Shown: positions 39,970 to 49,117 of the stretch, in pieces
Layout: every line of letters begins with the position of its first letter
How positions within the stretch are numbered: position 1 is the stretch's first letter
Source: a virus
Lineage: Duplodnaviria > Caudoviricetes
DNA length: 64,000 nucleotides
Reading direction: 5' to 3' (one strand)
IMG/VR virus record: IMGVR_UViG_3300037501_000255
Notes under the pieces: model-generated
Seen by the model: only the letters and a program-made list of their open reading frames with translations
The model's database searches: none
What the model was told of the DNA's origin: nothing
Translations under genes and position numbers: made by a program

Positions 39970-40998
39970 TCAATTTGTTATGTAGAAAACGGTATCTATG
40001 CCGAAGTGCCACTCATTTAACAAATTATTAGAAGGAGTCGATACACTAAGTCCTAATCCTAGATTTGTGTTGAAAAGTGGCGGGAGAAGGGTGTAATCTA
40101 TGCCTACTCCAAGGCCGGTTTTAAGCAGACTGCCTCCGCCTACATCATCTAAATTAGGAAATAGCTGGGCATTTAGACCGAGGTTGGCATGATCTATATA
40201 TCTACCAAGATTTAGCACCTCAACTCCGATCCCGGGTCGGAAATTTGTGCTTAGCGTAGGCACTCCTAGCTGAGCGCTCATTGAAGCTATTAGTCGTGGA
40301 TGTAATATGTCAAGCAACTGCTTTTCTTTTTTACCTATATCGGCATATTCGAATTTACTGTCTACGATCTCCATCTTGCCGCCCTCAACTTCTTTAAATT
40401 TGGGCTTCCCAGTGTCATCAGTACCATCCGGAACCACTTCGCGCAGCTCGATGCGGCGTATCTGCAGCCGCCCATCTTTCCCGTACAGAACATGTCCCTT
40501 GACAGCAATGTATTGATTGTATGAGAATTGTTCATTATTCTGTGTGAATATATCTGGGTCCACTAGGTGGAATCTGTCTAGCGCATCTGTCCACTTATAC
40601 GATATGACTTGCGGCTGATCTTTTGGGGGGACGCTTCCATCAGGTGTCGGCTGAACGATTACTTCTGTCGTGCCACCGGAAATAGTATTTCTGAGCGATG
40701 CTATTGTCTTGTCCCGGCTCATTAACTTGAGCTCATACGAGTCTATGATGTCCTTCAATTTCCCAGGAAACTCATCAATCTCGTCCTTATATTTTTCATT
40801 TAACTCAGATAGCTCTAGCAGGGATGATCTTGATAGCCCCAGCTGAACATCCATCTCTTGTATTTGGGCATCGCGTGCAGTTAACTCATTTCTAATTCTA
40901 TCTAACTCACGTGTTGTTGTAAATGATAGGACCGCTAAAATAACAACTGCTATTGCCATGATTGCCATGACAATATTTTTTTTCTTACTGTCTTCCAT
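39970..40998 (-). CDS. Membrane-anchored coiled-coil protein with C-terminal amphipathic beta strands (possible spanin-like lysis protein), 342 aa
   Basis: Basic N-terminus plus a single TM segment (IVMAIMAIAVVILAVLSF), then coiled coil, then alternating beta strands (GIGVEVLNL, LGLNAQLF, GLGVGIDYTL, LGLGLSVST, WHFGIDTVFY); directly after a holin-like gene. Function is inference. Confidence 0.45.
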   Translation of the reverse strand: MEDSKKKNIVMAIMAIAVVILAVLSFTTTRELDRIRNELTARDAQIQEMDVQLGLSRSSLLELSELNEKYKDEIDEFPGKLKDIIDSYELKLMSRDKTIASLRNTISGGTTEVIVQPTPDGSVPPKDQPQVISYKWTDALDRFHLVDPDIFTQNNEQFSYNQYIAVKGHVLYGKDGRLQIRRIELREVVPDGTDDTGKPKFKEVEGGKMEIVDSKFEYADIGKKEKQLLDILHPRLIASMSAQLGVPTLSTNFRPGIGVEVLNLGRYIDHANLGLNAQLFPNLDDVGGGSLLKTGLGVGIDYTLLPPLFNTNLGLGLSVSTPSNNLLNEWHFGIDTVFYITN

Positions 40999-41008
40999 AA
41001 TCTTCCTT

Positions 41009-41317
41009 TCAGTCTTTTGTCATATCTTCCGACTGAGCTGACCGGCGAGGGCGACTTACCTGTTCTATGCCGTCAAGGTCTGGGTCGGATAGGCCGGCCT
41101 TGGCAAGGACTTGTTTTTGTGCTACATTTAGACCGCAGTATAATCCGTAAATGCCTAGCATGAGACTTACATACTCTGACCCCGTCATCAGCGCTATTGC
41201 TGTGCCGGCAATGATATTTACAATCATTGGTACCCACATTAACAAGTTCGTCATGATAACCATGATCAGCGCCAGAAAGAACTTGCTGCTGGCCATTTTG
41301 AATTTGATTGTACGCAT
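41009..41317 (-). CDS. Putative holin (2-3 TM segments), 102 aa
   Basis: SSKFFLALIMVIMTNLLMWVPMIVNIIAG and EYVSLMLGIYGLYCGLNVAQK hydrophobic segments with a charged C-terminal tail; SD AGGAG. Confidence 0.5.
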   Translation of the reverse strand: MRTIKFKMASSKFFLALIMVIMTNLLMWVPMIVNIIAGTAIALMTGSEYVSLMLGIYGLYCGLNVAQKQVLAKAGLSDPDLDGIEQVSRPRRSAQSEDMTKD

Positions 41318-41325
41318 AAGGACTC

Positions 41326-41877
41326 CTAGATCAATCTTTGCTTCAATCTGGCCGACACCACATTGCCAGACAGCACAGTACAGCCTAGAATTTCATTGCC
41401 AGCCCACACCACATGCTCGAGGGATGAGTCTGCTAGAGAAGCTCTGATTATATTATCTCCGACTATTAGATCGCAGTCTACATACGTTGAGTTTATTTGT
41501 TCATCTCCTGGGGAGCCCGCGTACCCATCTAATATTTGTCCATGACGTAAATAGGTGGTGCTGCTGAGCGCTCCAAGCAAGTTTTGTGCTTGCTGATCAT
41601 CATCGTACACATCGGATGCTGAGGTGTATTCATCAAGGCTTTTTAGATACTGGTATAGCTCTGTAAGAATTGATAATTCTGAGGCTATTGAGCCATCTAT
41701 ATGATACACCCTGGTTAATAGAGGTTCTGCGCCGGAGGTCCGAGCAGCGCTATTGAAGAAAACTTGTACTTCAAACTTTATCTCTCCGCCATTTGATCCG
41801 GTCACTTTTGTAATCTTATGATAAGCTTCTGGCATATCTATACCAAAATTAGTTGTTGTACCTGCAATTATACCCAT
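41326..41877 (-). CDS. Tail fibre assembly/chaperone-like protein, 183 aa
   Basis: FGIDMPEAYHKI...FFNSAARTSGAEPL...LYQYLKSLDEY pattern is typical of small genes following fibre genes; directly downstream of the 1005-aa fibre. Confidence 0.5.
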   Translation of the reverse strand: MGIIAGTTTNFGIDMPEAYHKITKVTGSNGGEIKFEVQVFFNSAARTSGAEPLLTRVYHIDGSIASELSILTELYQYLKSLDEYTSASDVYDDDQQAQNLLGALSSTTYLRHGQILDGYAGSPGDEQINSTYVDCDLIVGDNIIRASLADSSLEHVVWAGNEILGCTVLSGNVVSARLKQRLI

Positions 41878-41881
41878 ATTT

Positions 41882-44800
41882 TTAACCTCTGGTTCTCAAT
41901 TGTGGAATAGCTTTATATGAAATATAGTCTATGAATAAATCCATGTCGTTTGCGCCGGCGGTATTTGATTCTACCTGCGCAAATACATGCACCTGATCTG
42001 TGTCCATGTATAATGAGGCGCCCGACACGCTGTGTTCCAGCACATCATTTATGTAGAAATTTATGTCTGTGCGTGCGCCGATCGTGAAGTACGTCCGCAT
42101 CTCGATAGATAGTCGTGTCCACTCAGAAGTATCCGCTGTGCCGGTATCGGTGTTGTACCACACGGTACCGTTGTCAGATACCCTTGCGAACCAGTTGCCG
42201 CCGGTACACTCAAACCATACGCCGTGTGTGGGAATAGCATCGCTTACGGTATCTCCGATACCAATCCTAATATCATAATTTGGATCTGCTTGAGAAATTG
42301 GACTCATTTTGATCATTGCATCAAATACTGTAATGGCGGCAGCGAGATTTAAGGCCCCCTGTTGGCTATAGAGTATGGCGTAATTGGTCGCGGACGTGCA
42401 TGGCACATTGAGTTTGACTACTCCAAATGTCTGTTCTGTACATTGGGTTGTATCCAGCGTCACCGTGCTGCCGGTCACGGCTGTGGTCCACGTGCCGAAG
42501 TTATCTGCAATAAAGTCATCCGAAAATTCGACTATCTTATATGTCCCGCCCCACTCTAGACGACCATTTGAGTCTGTTGCTACCAGTGTATCAAGCCATC
42601 TTTCTGGAGGATTTGTATAGGTAGAACTATCCGATATGTATAGTATCTCTGTTGTATTTCTCTTAATTCTAAGTATATCCTCAGATGTGGACGGGGCATT
42701 TGTAATTTCAAGCATCGCTGTTGGATTATTTAGTCCAATTCCAACTAGACCGGTTGAGCTGACTCGCACACGCTCATTATTGCCGCCAGAGGCAAATATG
42801 AGGTTGCTTTCTGCTCTCAGAGCAAGATCGGCGCCGGTACCGGATGATATTGCTCCGCCACCTCCAGTTCCTAAGTAACCCACAGCAGCGGAACTGCCTG
42901 GTTGGCGAAATGTCATGTATGAGGCGGCAGCGACATCCGCCCCCCATATTGCCCATTGTTGACCAATTGTGTTTACCTGTAATTTTGTCTGAGGGGAATC
43001 CGTCCCCATGCCTATATTTCCATTGTGATCTATGACGATGCCGTTATTTGTTATGCCGGTTGCGTAAGAATTAGAGGTGCCGAGATACAGCTTGCTACCG
43101 CTCCCATCTAAACGTGTATATATTCCAGCCTTGGGTTTGGTTGCGTTGTTATTTTGTGTAGACCAGAATATACCTGGTGTAAAGGACGGGTTAGTATAGT
43201 CAGTCTCGATATTAATACCGGCGTTGGCAATATCCTGAGTGAAGTTCGTCTGTGTGGCGCTTTCGTTGGCGTTATACACGTTTAGAGTTGTATTTGGAGT
43301 TGTCGTATTTATACCGACCAGTCCGGCACTATCTATAATAATTCTTGTATTATTGCCTCCTGTTCTAAGGCGCATGGCATTGTCGCCACCAACATTATAT
43401 ATTATGCCGCCACTAACACTGTTGGATGTCAGTCCAAACAGCAGTCCACTTTCATTGGCATCTGGCGTTAATAGTTGTAAATACCCAGCTCCGGCTCTTT
43501 CAAATGTAGCTATTGCGCCGCTATTTGATGATGCCGATGCATCCGAGGCCATAACATGCAACCTGGTATCCGGAGCGGTGGTGCCTATTCCAACAAATTG
43601 GTTGTGATTTATCGACATGACGCTATTCAGCGTGGTGCTGGAGTCTGCTGTTGTTAGGAATTCTAGCGCGGTACCACCAAGTCCGCTTCTTGCTACGGCC
43701 TGAACTCTTGCCCTGACACCGGATGCTCCGGCACTTGCATCGTTGCCGAACCACTCTAAAGCGCCGACAACATCGCCCGCCGTCCACGATACGTCGTCGT
43801 AGTCAAATCTCAGCAGTGCGCCCAGGGTCGTGCCTGCAGCTGCTGATGCCGAGGAGCGCAGGTGGAGCATAGCCGCAGGCTGGCCTGTACCTATTCCTAT
43901 ATGCCCATCCTCGTCAATTCGCATGCGCTCAACCAGCGTCCCCGATGTAGTGGCCGTATAGAATGTCAATTGTCCAGCTTCGGCATCGTACGGATTGCTT
44001 GCTAAACCTGATATCTTGGCAATACGACGATTTGCGGTGGAGGATAAGTAATTACCGAAAGCCACCAGTCCCAGCTCTGCATCAGGTACAGGAGATGATA
44101 GCATCCGCATGTCTATAGACGGCACATTTGCAAGAGTTGTGTCTTGCATTGTAATGTCGCCGTTGTTTATGAATAATTTAGTTGTAGTATTAATAGAGTC
44201 GTACGGTGACGTACCGCCGATGGCGAGGCGACCGGCTACATAACCGTCGCTTCCAGCACCAAAGTTACGAGCTACATACCCATCCTCTCCTACAATAAGA
44301 TCTTTGGATACTAATACTGTGCCTGAATTTCTATTGTAAATGTCATTACCACTGCGCATCCAATTAGCTGCAGTGTCTGAAGCGAGCGCCCCCACATATA
44401 CGTAACCGTCTACAGTGCCCAATGATAGCGAAAGATTGTCCTCGCTAGTCACTATTCCAGCATAGTAGTCGAATATCCAATCCTGTGAGGCTAGTGGCGG
44501 AACCTCTGCAATTCCATCACGAAGGCGGACGCGGAAATCTGCCCCCAAGAATTCGGGTATAAAATACCCGACTCGCTGCCCTGTCGCATAGACTGTGCCT
44601 GTTAGTGGATTTATTCTGCCCGCCAACTCAGCAGGCACCGCGCCAGTAATTGTGGCCTTATAAGCCTTTCCTGCCGATGAGCCATCCAATACGAGCGGTA
44701 TTGTGACCGCTACAGCGATATTTCCAGCGACTGCCGCAGCGCCCGTGGCAGGTATCGTATCCGCAAATATGGTTTGCGCTGCTAGGCTAAGGCTTGATGC

Positions 44801-44899
44801 CTCGGCTTCATTTACAATATCTTTGGCATTTGATGTATGTGCTTTTCCATACAATCTTTTAAACGCTGCCCTGGCTGCCGTATCATTGGTAAATGTCAT
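41882..44899 (-). CDS. Tail fibre protein with repeated (I/V)GIG(T/L)xxP units, 1005 aa
   Basis: Repeats HIGIGTGQP, FVGIGTTAP, LVGINTTTP, NIGMGTDSP and LVGIGLNNP, each preceded by an ERMRI-like unit, characteristic of trimeric fibre shafts; C-terminal beta-sandwich. Confidence 0.75.
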   Translation of the reverse strand: MTFTNDTAARAAFKRLYGKAHTSNAKDIVNEAEASSLSLAAQTIFADTIPATGAAAVAGNIAVAVTIPLVLDGSSAGKAYKATITGAVPAELAGRINPLTGTVYATGQRVGYFIPEFLGADFRVRLRDGIAEVPPLASQDWIFDYYAGIVTSEDNLSLSLGTVDGYVYVGALASDTAANWMRSGNDIYNRNSGTVLVSKDLIVGEDGYVARNFGAGSDGYVAGRLAIGGTSPYDSINTTTKLFINNGDITMQDTTLANVPSIDMRMLSSPVPDAELGLVAFGNYLSSTANRRIAKISGLASNPYDAEAGQLTFYTATTSGTLVERMRIDEDGHIGIGTGQPAAMLHLRSSASAAAGTTLGALLRFDYDDVSWTAGDVVGALEWFGNDASAGASGVRARVQAVARSGLGGTALEFLTTADSSTTLNSVMSINHNQFVGIGTTAPDTRLHVMASDASASSNSGAIATFERAGAGYLQLLTPDANESGLLFGLTSNSVSGGIIYNVGGDNAMRLRTGGNNTRIIIDSAGLVGINTTTPNTTLNVYNANESATQTNFTQDIANAGINIETDYTNPSFTPGIFWSTQNNNATKPKAGIYTRLDGSGSKLYLGTSNSYATGITNNGIVIDHNGNIGMGTDSPQTKLQVNTIGQQWAIWGADVAAASYMTFRQPGSSAAVGYLGTGGGGAISSGTGADLALRAESNLIFASGGNNERVRVSSTGLVGIGLNNPTAMLEITNAPSTSEDILRIKRNTTEILYISDSSTYTNPPERWLDTLVATDSNGRLEWGGTYKIVEFSDDFIADNFGTWTTAVTGSTVTLDTTQCTEQTFGVVKLNVPCTSATNYAILYSQQGALNLAAAITVFDAMIKMSPISQADPNYDIRIGIGDTVSDAIPTHGVWFECTGGNWFARVSDNGTVWYNTDTGTADTSEWTRLSIEMRTYFTIGARTDINFYINDVLEHSVSGASLYMDTDQVHVFAQVESNTAGANDMDLFIDYISYKAIPQLRTRG

Positions 44900-44907
44900 C
44901 TATAACC

Positions 44908-46998
44908 TCATGCCGCCGTAACTGAGATGTTTGAGATATTCGCCGTCCAGCCGGACGGCACCGTTATGCGCAAAATTACCGCGTTGCCACTGGTGGAAGT
45001 TGACTTGCTGCCCAGTGTCATGCCCCACGCAGTATACGCAGTATTTCCATATGTGGCTGCATGACATCCAATAGCATTGTCACTTGTGTAGGCTACCAAC
45101 GCATCTTTAAATTCTATAGAAACTCCATTAGAGGTTGTGTTTGGTGCGAGCAGCTCTACATTTGCGTCTCCTGTGCCGAGAGATAGTCCTGACGCTACGG
45201 TCTTGAAGTTAGCACCTGAGTGTGCTATATTTAGCACAAAATTCTGTGTGGCGGAGGAAAAGTAGAAGTATCTCCAGTACGTCCTGACGCCTAAGGCTAC
45301 GCTGTAGTTGGGGTTACCGGCTGGACCATTTGCTATGATAGAGAAATCTCCGGAGTTTACAACAGCGGAGGCGCTTGGATAGTATAGACTACCGTCATAC
45401 ACTAATAATCCATCACTGTACCCGGGCGTCGCACCGACGATTGATGTGGTTGAGCTCCATAGGCCGGCGCCGCCGACTGTAAAGCCAGTCGTATCCGTGA
45501 GAGACCTATTAGATGGTACGCGGTAGGTTTCGCCGTCAAATACTTCGTTTGTTGCAGATGCTGTGTCTGCAACTGAATTCAGTAATAGAAATGATTGTGT
45601 AGATCCTGTGCTAATTACGGCACCCTGTACGGTGCGCAGGGTTGATGTTCGGGCTGTAATCTGCCCGTTATGCAACTTGGGCGCAGTGATCGTCACCGTC
45701 TTTGCGACATTGAATGTACTTGCTTCGTATGGCGAGCCTGGTAACGCTGGAATAGCGGATGCTGATGCCGAACAATTGATGCTGGAGCTGTGTGTAACGG
45801 CCGATGATGATGAGCTGTATGTATTTCTATAGGCATTTTGTACGGTCACCGCGTAAGAGGCTGTGCCTCCTGTATGGTATTGAACGCCCGACAGATATTT
45901 TGACCCAGTCATAACTAGGCCGGTTAGAGATTCTGATGCATAGGCTGTAGCTGTGACGGCATCATCTATTACCCATTCAAATACATTTGTAGCATATGTG
46001 ATCATGCCTATAATGTGCCGTATCTCTACATAATTGTATCCATTCTGTTCATGTGCAGTGGATACGGTCCACGTGCCGGTGCGGTATTTGAAAATTGAAA
46101 ATGGCGTGCCGTTAGGAAAACTGATGGGTGTCGCCGCACTCAAAGAAAACCCAGTTCCACTTGTTGTGGACGTGCCAGAACCGAATGTCGACAGATCTAC
46201 AGAGTGAATTAGTAAACCATTTACGTGTATTTCCAAAAATCCTTGATCTGCATTTCCAAAGGCGTTGGCCGGATATGATGGTGTCGGTGAGCCGGGGCCG
46301 GCCACTACAGACGCCGCGAGAGTTCCGGTTTTACTACCAAATGTAGAGGCATATATTCCTCGCCTATGTGTGCTGCCATTTGGAAAAGTGCCGTTTACAT
46401 CAAGCGCGCCTTCGCCACTGATGTTGCCTACATTTACATATCCTGCTATTGTGTTTGATGCGCCGAATGACAGATTACCAGCTGCGCCTGCCACAGTGTC
46501 CCACGAGATGTTGCTGAGTGCCGGAGCTGGAGATGGCGCCAATTCTTTCATAACTTCATTAAATCTATCCACCGCTGTTCCAACTGGAGTTGTTGCAGTG
46601 AAATCGGTAAATAAGCCATCTGCATAGCTCCCGTCCTCTGCTGCACCGATCGCATTTGTTGAGGAAATAGGTAGTGTCGTTATAGTTATATACAACTCCC
46701 TAAGCGCATCCTCGACATTGGTTGCTACAAAATATCCATCTAGGTCTGCTATACTTATTTGATAGGCGGATAGCGACATTATGTACGCTACTATGGTATT
46801 TATAAGCGCATCAATATTGTCTAACCTGTCTTTTGTCGTGCCGAACGTGCCGCTAGGATTTGTTCCGAGCTCGTTTTCTATAGCCAAGATGGCATTGCGC
46901 AGACGATTGTGATCGTCTGCCAGTACCGGGCTGATTAAATCAAAAACCAGTGGTAATGTGACTGTGGTATCTATAGAAACTGGGTACTGTGTAGCCAT
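44908..46998 (-). CDS. Virion appendage protein, Ser/Thr/Gly-rich beta domains, 696 aa
   Basis: N-terminus (YPVSIDT...DHNRLRNAILAIENELGTNPSG...KDRLD) resembles the N-terminal module of the two giant beta-helix proteins. Confidence 0.65.
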   Translation of the reverse strand: MATQYPVSIDTTVTLPLVFDLISPVLADDHNRLRNAILAIENELGTNPSGTFGTTKDRLDNIDALINTIVAYIMSLSAYQISIADLDGYFVATNVEDALRELYITITTLPISSTNAIGAAEDGSYADGLFTDFTATTPVGTAVDRFNEVMKELAPSPAPALSNISWDTVAGAAGNLSFGASNTIAGYVNVGNISGEGALDVNGTFPNGSTHRRGIYASTFGSKTGTLAASVVAGPGSPTPSYPANAFGNADQGFLEIHVNGLLIHSVDLSTFGSGTSTTSGTGFSLSAATPISFPNGTPFSIFKYRTGTWTVSTAHEQNGYNYVEIRHIIGMITYATNVFEWVIDDAVTATAYASESLTGLVMTGSKYLSGVQYHTGGTASYAVTVQNAYRNTYSSSSSAVTHSSSINCSASASAIPALPGSPYEASTFNVAKTVTITAPKLHNGQITARTSTLRTVQGAVISTGSTQSFLLLNSVADTASATNEVFDGETYRVPSNRSLTDTTGFTVGGAGLWSSTTSIVGATPGYSDGLLVYDGSLYYPSASAVVNSGDFSIIANGPAGNPNYSVALGVRTYWRYFYFSSATQNFVLNIAHSGANFKTVASGLSLGTGDANVELLAPNTTSNGVSIEFKDALVAYTSDNAIGCHAATYGNTAYTAWGMTLGSKSTSTSGNAVILRITVPSGWTANISNISVTAA

Positions 46999-47038
46999 TC
47001 TAGCCCCTCGATACCACTATTCTTTAATATTGATATGG

Positions 47039-49111
47039 CTATAGTGGCCCGAATGCTAGGAATCGTGACTCGCCGTAAGCGACATTCGCGTGAGTCATAT
47101 CGAATAGTATGTAGTTATTTCCCAGCAGCATCACATAGTCCTCGGCGGCGGCCGAACCGGTCGTATCGACGACGTATACCCCATTCAGCTGACCTCGAAC
47201 TTCAGTGCCCGAATGACTGTAATCTGTACCATTATGAGTTACACTGCTCCATGGACCACGAATCACCATGGGCCACAGCATATATTGCGATGTTCGAGAT
47301 TCTTCGGCTGATTGATTAGTTATCTCTGTCTTGGTTGGACAGCCGAATCGATACATTTGTGGCACCAGTCCACTTGTGGCGTTTGATAGGGTTGTATTAA
47401 CATGATTGTTCATATGTATGGTGTTCGAACGATAGCTAGTAACGCCTACGGGCTGCAGGTCTATTCCAACTCTGGCCCCTGATGGGTAGTTGTGGTTTAT
47501 CTTGGCTAGCGTAATGTTATTGCCACTCTTTGCTATTACCGTGGTTTGTTCGTGGGCAGCAAAGTGACGCGTCACTCCATCTAGACCCACCCGAGTTATA
47601 GGTGATGTTGGTGTGTTGGCTAGATCTGCAATGAATATTTTTTGACCAACTGTTATACCAGAAGCATCAGTAAGAGTTACCGTCTGATTTACCCCTGCAC
47701 CGACCGTCGTGGTCGTGGCTGTGTATGCTCTGCTATAGTAGCTACTTATTAGCCCGGCGTATATGAAGTCATACTGTGATAGTGAGTTTTTCGTTACCAA
47801 AATTATTCTATCAGCCGAACCTATAAACCAGAAGTTTGTTGTTGGGCCTTCGTCAGAAATTTCAGCAAAACAGTTTTGCTTATATCCTATATGGCAATCT
47901 CCGCCGCTAGCATTTTCGGGGGCGGCAAAAATACTGGTCGTTGACCAGGAGTTTGAAGCTACGCTGTAACGACGCACATCTCTACCAGAGCCAGATGCGT
48001 CGGAAATGGTATGGTAGAATATGAATTCGTTGTCGTAATTCCATATACGGGCACCCTGCAGGGCTGCGGTAAATGGTAGGGCCGCTGCTGCAGTCCATAC
48101 TCCACTAGGAGTTCCATCTGGATTTATATTGAGATAGAAAAATTGAGTGGTGGAGTCACCGCGCATGAAATATAGGCGATCAAATGCCAGGCCATTAGCC
48201 GATGTCTTTTTGATGAAGATTAGGCCATTGCTATATGTAGTGGAGGTGCCTACGCTAGGTCCTGCAGTCCATACTCCGGTTGGTATGTCATACACACCGA
48301 AGTTGGAACCATTCTGCCCTTGGAAGAAGTATAGTTTATTTCTGCCATCCCAAGCTGATACACCGCCGGCGCCGGAGCCGCCCCACGATGGATTCGCCAT
48401 GTATGTCCATGAGTCGGCTGTTATATCATAACTGCCAAACTGAAGTCCGCTCGTGTTGCTCTCGAATGTGGCGAATATATATGGTTTTTTATCTACTGTA
48501 CTTACACAGTAAACTGGAGCAAATATACGTAGTGATGATGGCTGCGACGCCAATTGGTAGGCCGTAAAGTTGTTTAGATCATGTCTAAAAAATGCACTAT
48601 TAAAATTTGTGTACACATTGTGTGCGCCATCAAAAGTTGACCTACCCACCGTAATGCCAGGATAATCATAGTTATTTGATGCAGTGTATCCTGGCTGTAC
48701 ATAGAATGTGTATATTGAATTTCCAGGATCTATAAAGCTGCTTTGAGCATCAGTAAAGTACATGTAATTAGCCTTCTGAAAGATGTCTACTGGGCCAATT
48801 ACTCCTGCCTCTCCGTACCCATCAAGCGTTGCGCTATTAAAGCTGGTATATGTCCGAAATGCTATGCTGTTGGCATATCCGTCGCCCAGTGGTGTTTTAC
48901 GTAGGATCCCGCCATTTACATTGGGGGATTCTAGGCCGGCAGTCATGCGCAAGAATATCTGCTCCGTGCCCGACGTGCCAGCCGAGAAGTATACTTTATC
49001 GCGAGCTGAGATCGTTGCGTGCGTAGACCAGCCAGGTGTAGCAAGAATATAGCCATCTATGGTATTGAAGGCATGGTTTGAATTTTGAAATGTTCCTGAA
49101 TAGCTAGTCAT
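47039..49111 (-). CDS. Virion structural protein with inserted Kelch-like beta-propeller, 690 aa
   Basis: Kelch-like blades (GGVSAWDGRNKLYFFQGQ...FGVYDIPTGVWT; RLYFMRGDS; DVRRYSVASNSWS); N- and C-terminal modules paralogous to 49118..51223. Confidence 0.65.
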   Translation of the reverse strand: MTSYSGTFQNSNHAFNTIDGYILATPGWSTHATISARDKVYFSAGTSGTEQIFLRMTAGLESPNVNGGILRKTPLGDGYANSIAFRTYTSFNSATLDGYGEAGVIGPVDIFQKANYMYFTDAQSSFIDPGNSIYTFYVQPGYTASNNYDYPGITVGRSTFDGAHNVYTNFNSAFFRHDLNNFTAYQLASQPSSLRIFAPVYCVSTVDKKPYIFATFESNTSGLQFGSYDITADSWTYMANPSWGGSGAGGVSAWDGRNKLYFFQGQNGSNFGVYDIPTGVWTAGPSVGTSTTYSNGLIFIKKTSANGLAFDRLYFMRGDSTTQFFYLNINPDGTPSGVWTAAAALPFTAALQGARIWNYDNEFIFYHTISDASGSGRDVRRYSVASNSWSTTSIFAAPENASGGDCHIGYKQNCFAEISDEGPTTNFWFIGSADRIILVTKNSLSQYDFIYAGLISSYYSRAYTATTTTVGAGVNQTVTLTDASGITVGQKIFIADLANTPTSPITRVGLDGVTRHFAAHEQTTVIAKSGNNITLAKINHNYPSGARVGIDLQPVGVTSYRSNTIHMNNHVNTTLSNATSGLVPQMYRFGCPTKTEITNQSAEESRTSQYMLWPMVIRGPWSSVTHNGTDYSHSGTEVRGQLNGVYVVDTTGSAAAEDYVMLLGNNYILFDMTHANVAYGESRFLAFGPL

Positions 49112-49117
49112 AATCCC

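Noticed and set aside
41297-41317. Holin/antiholin dual-start motif (MRTIKFKM)
   Set aside because: Only the first Met has an SD, and the spacing differs from lambda S107/S105; too weak to call.
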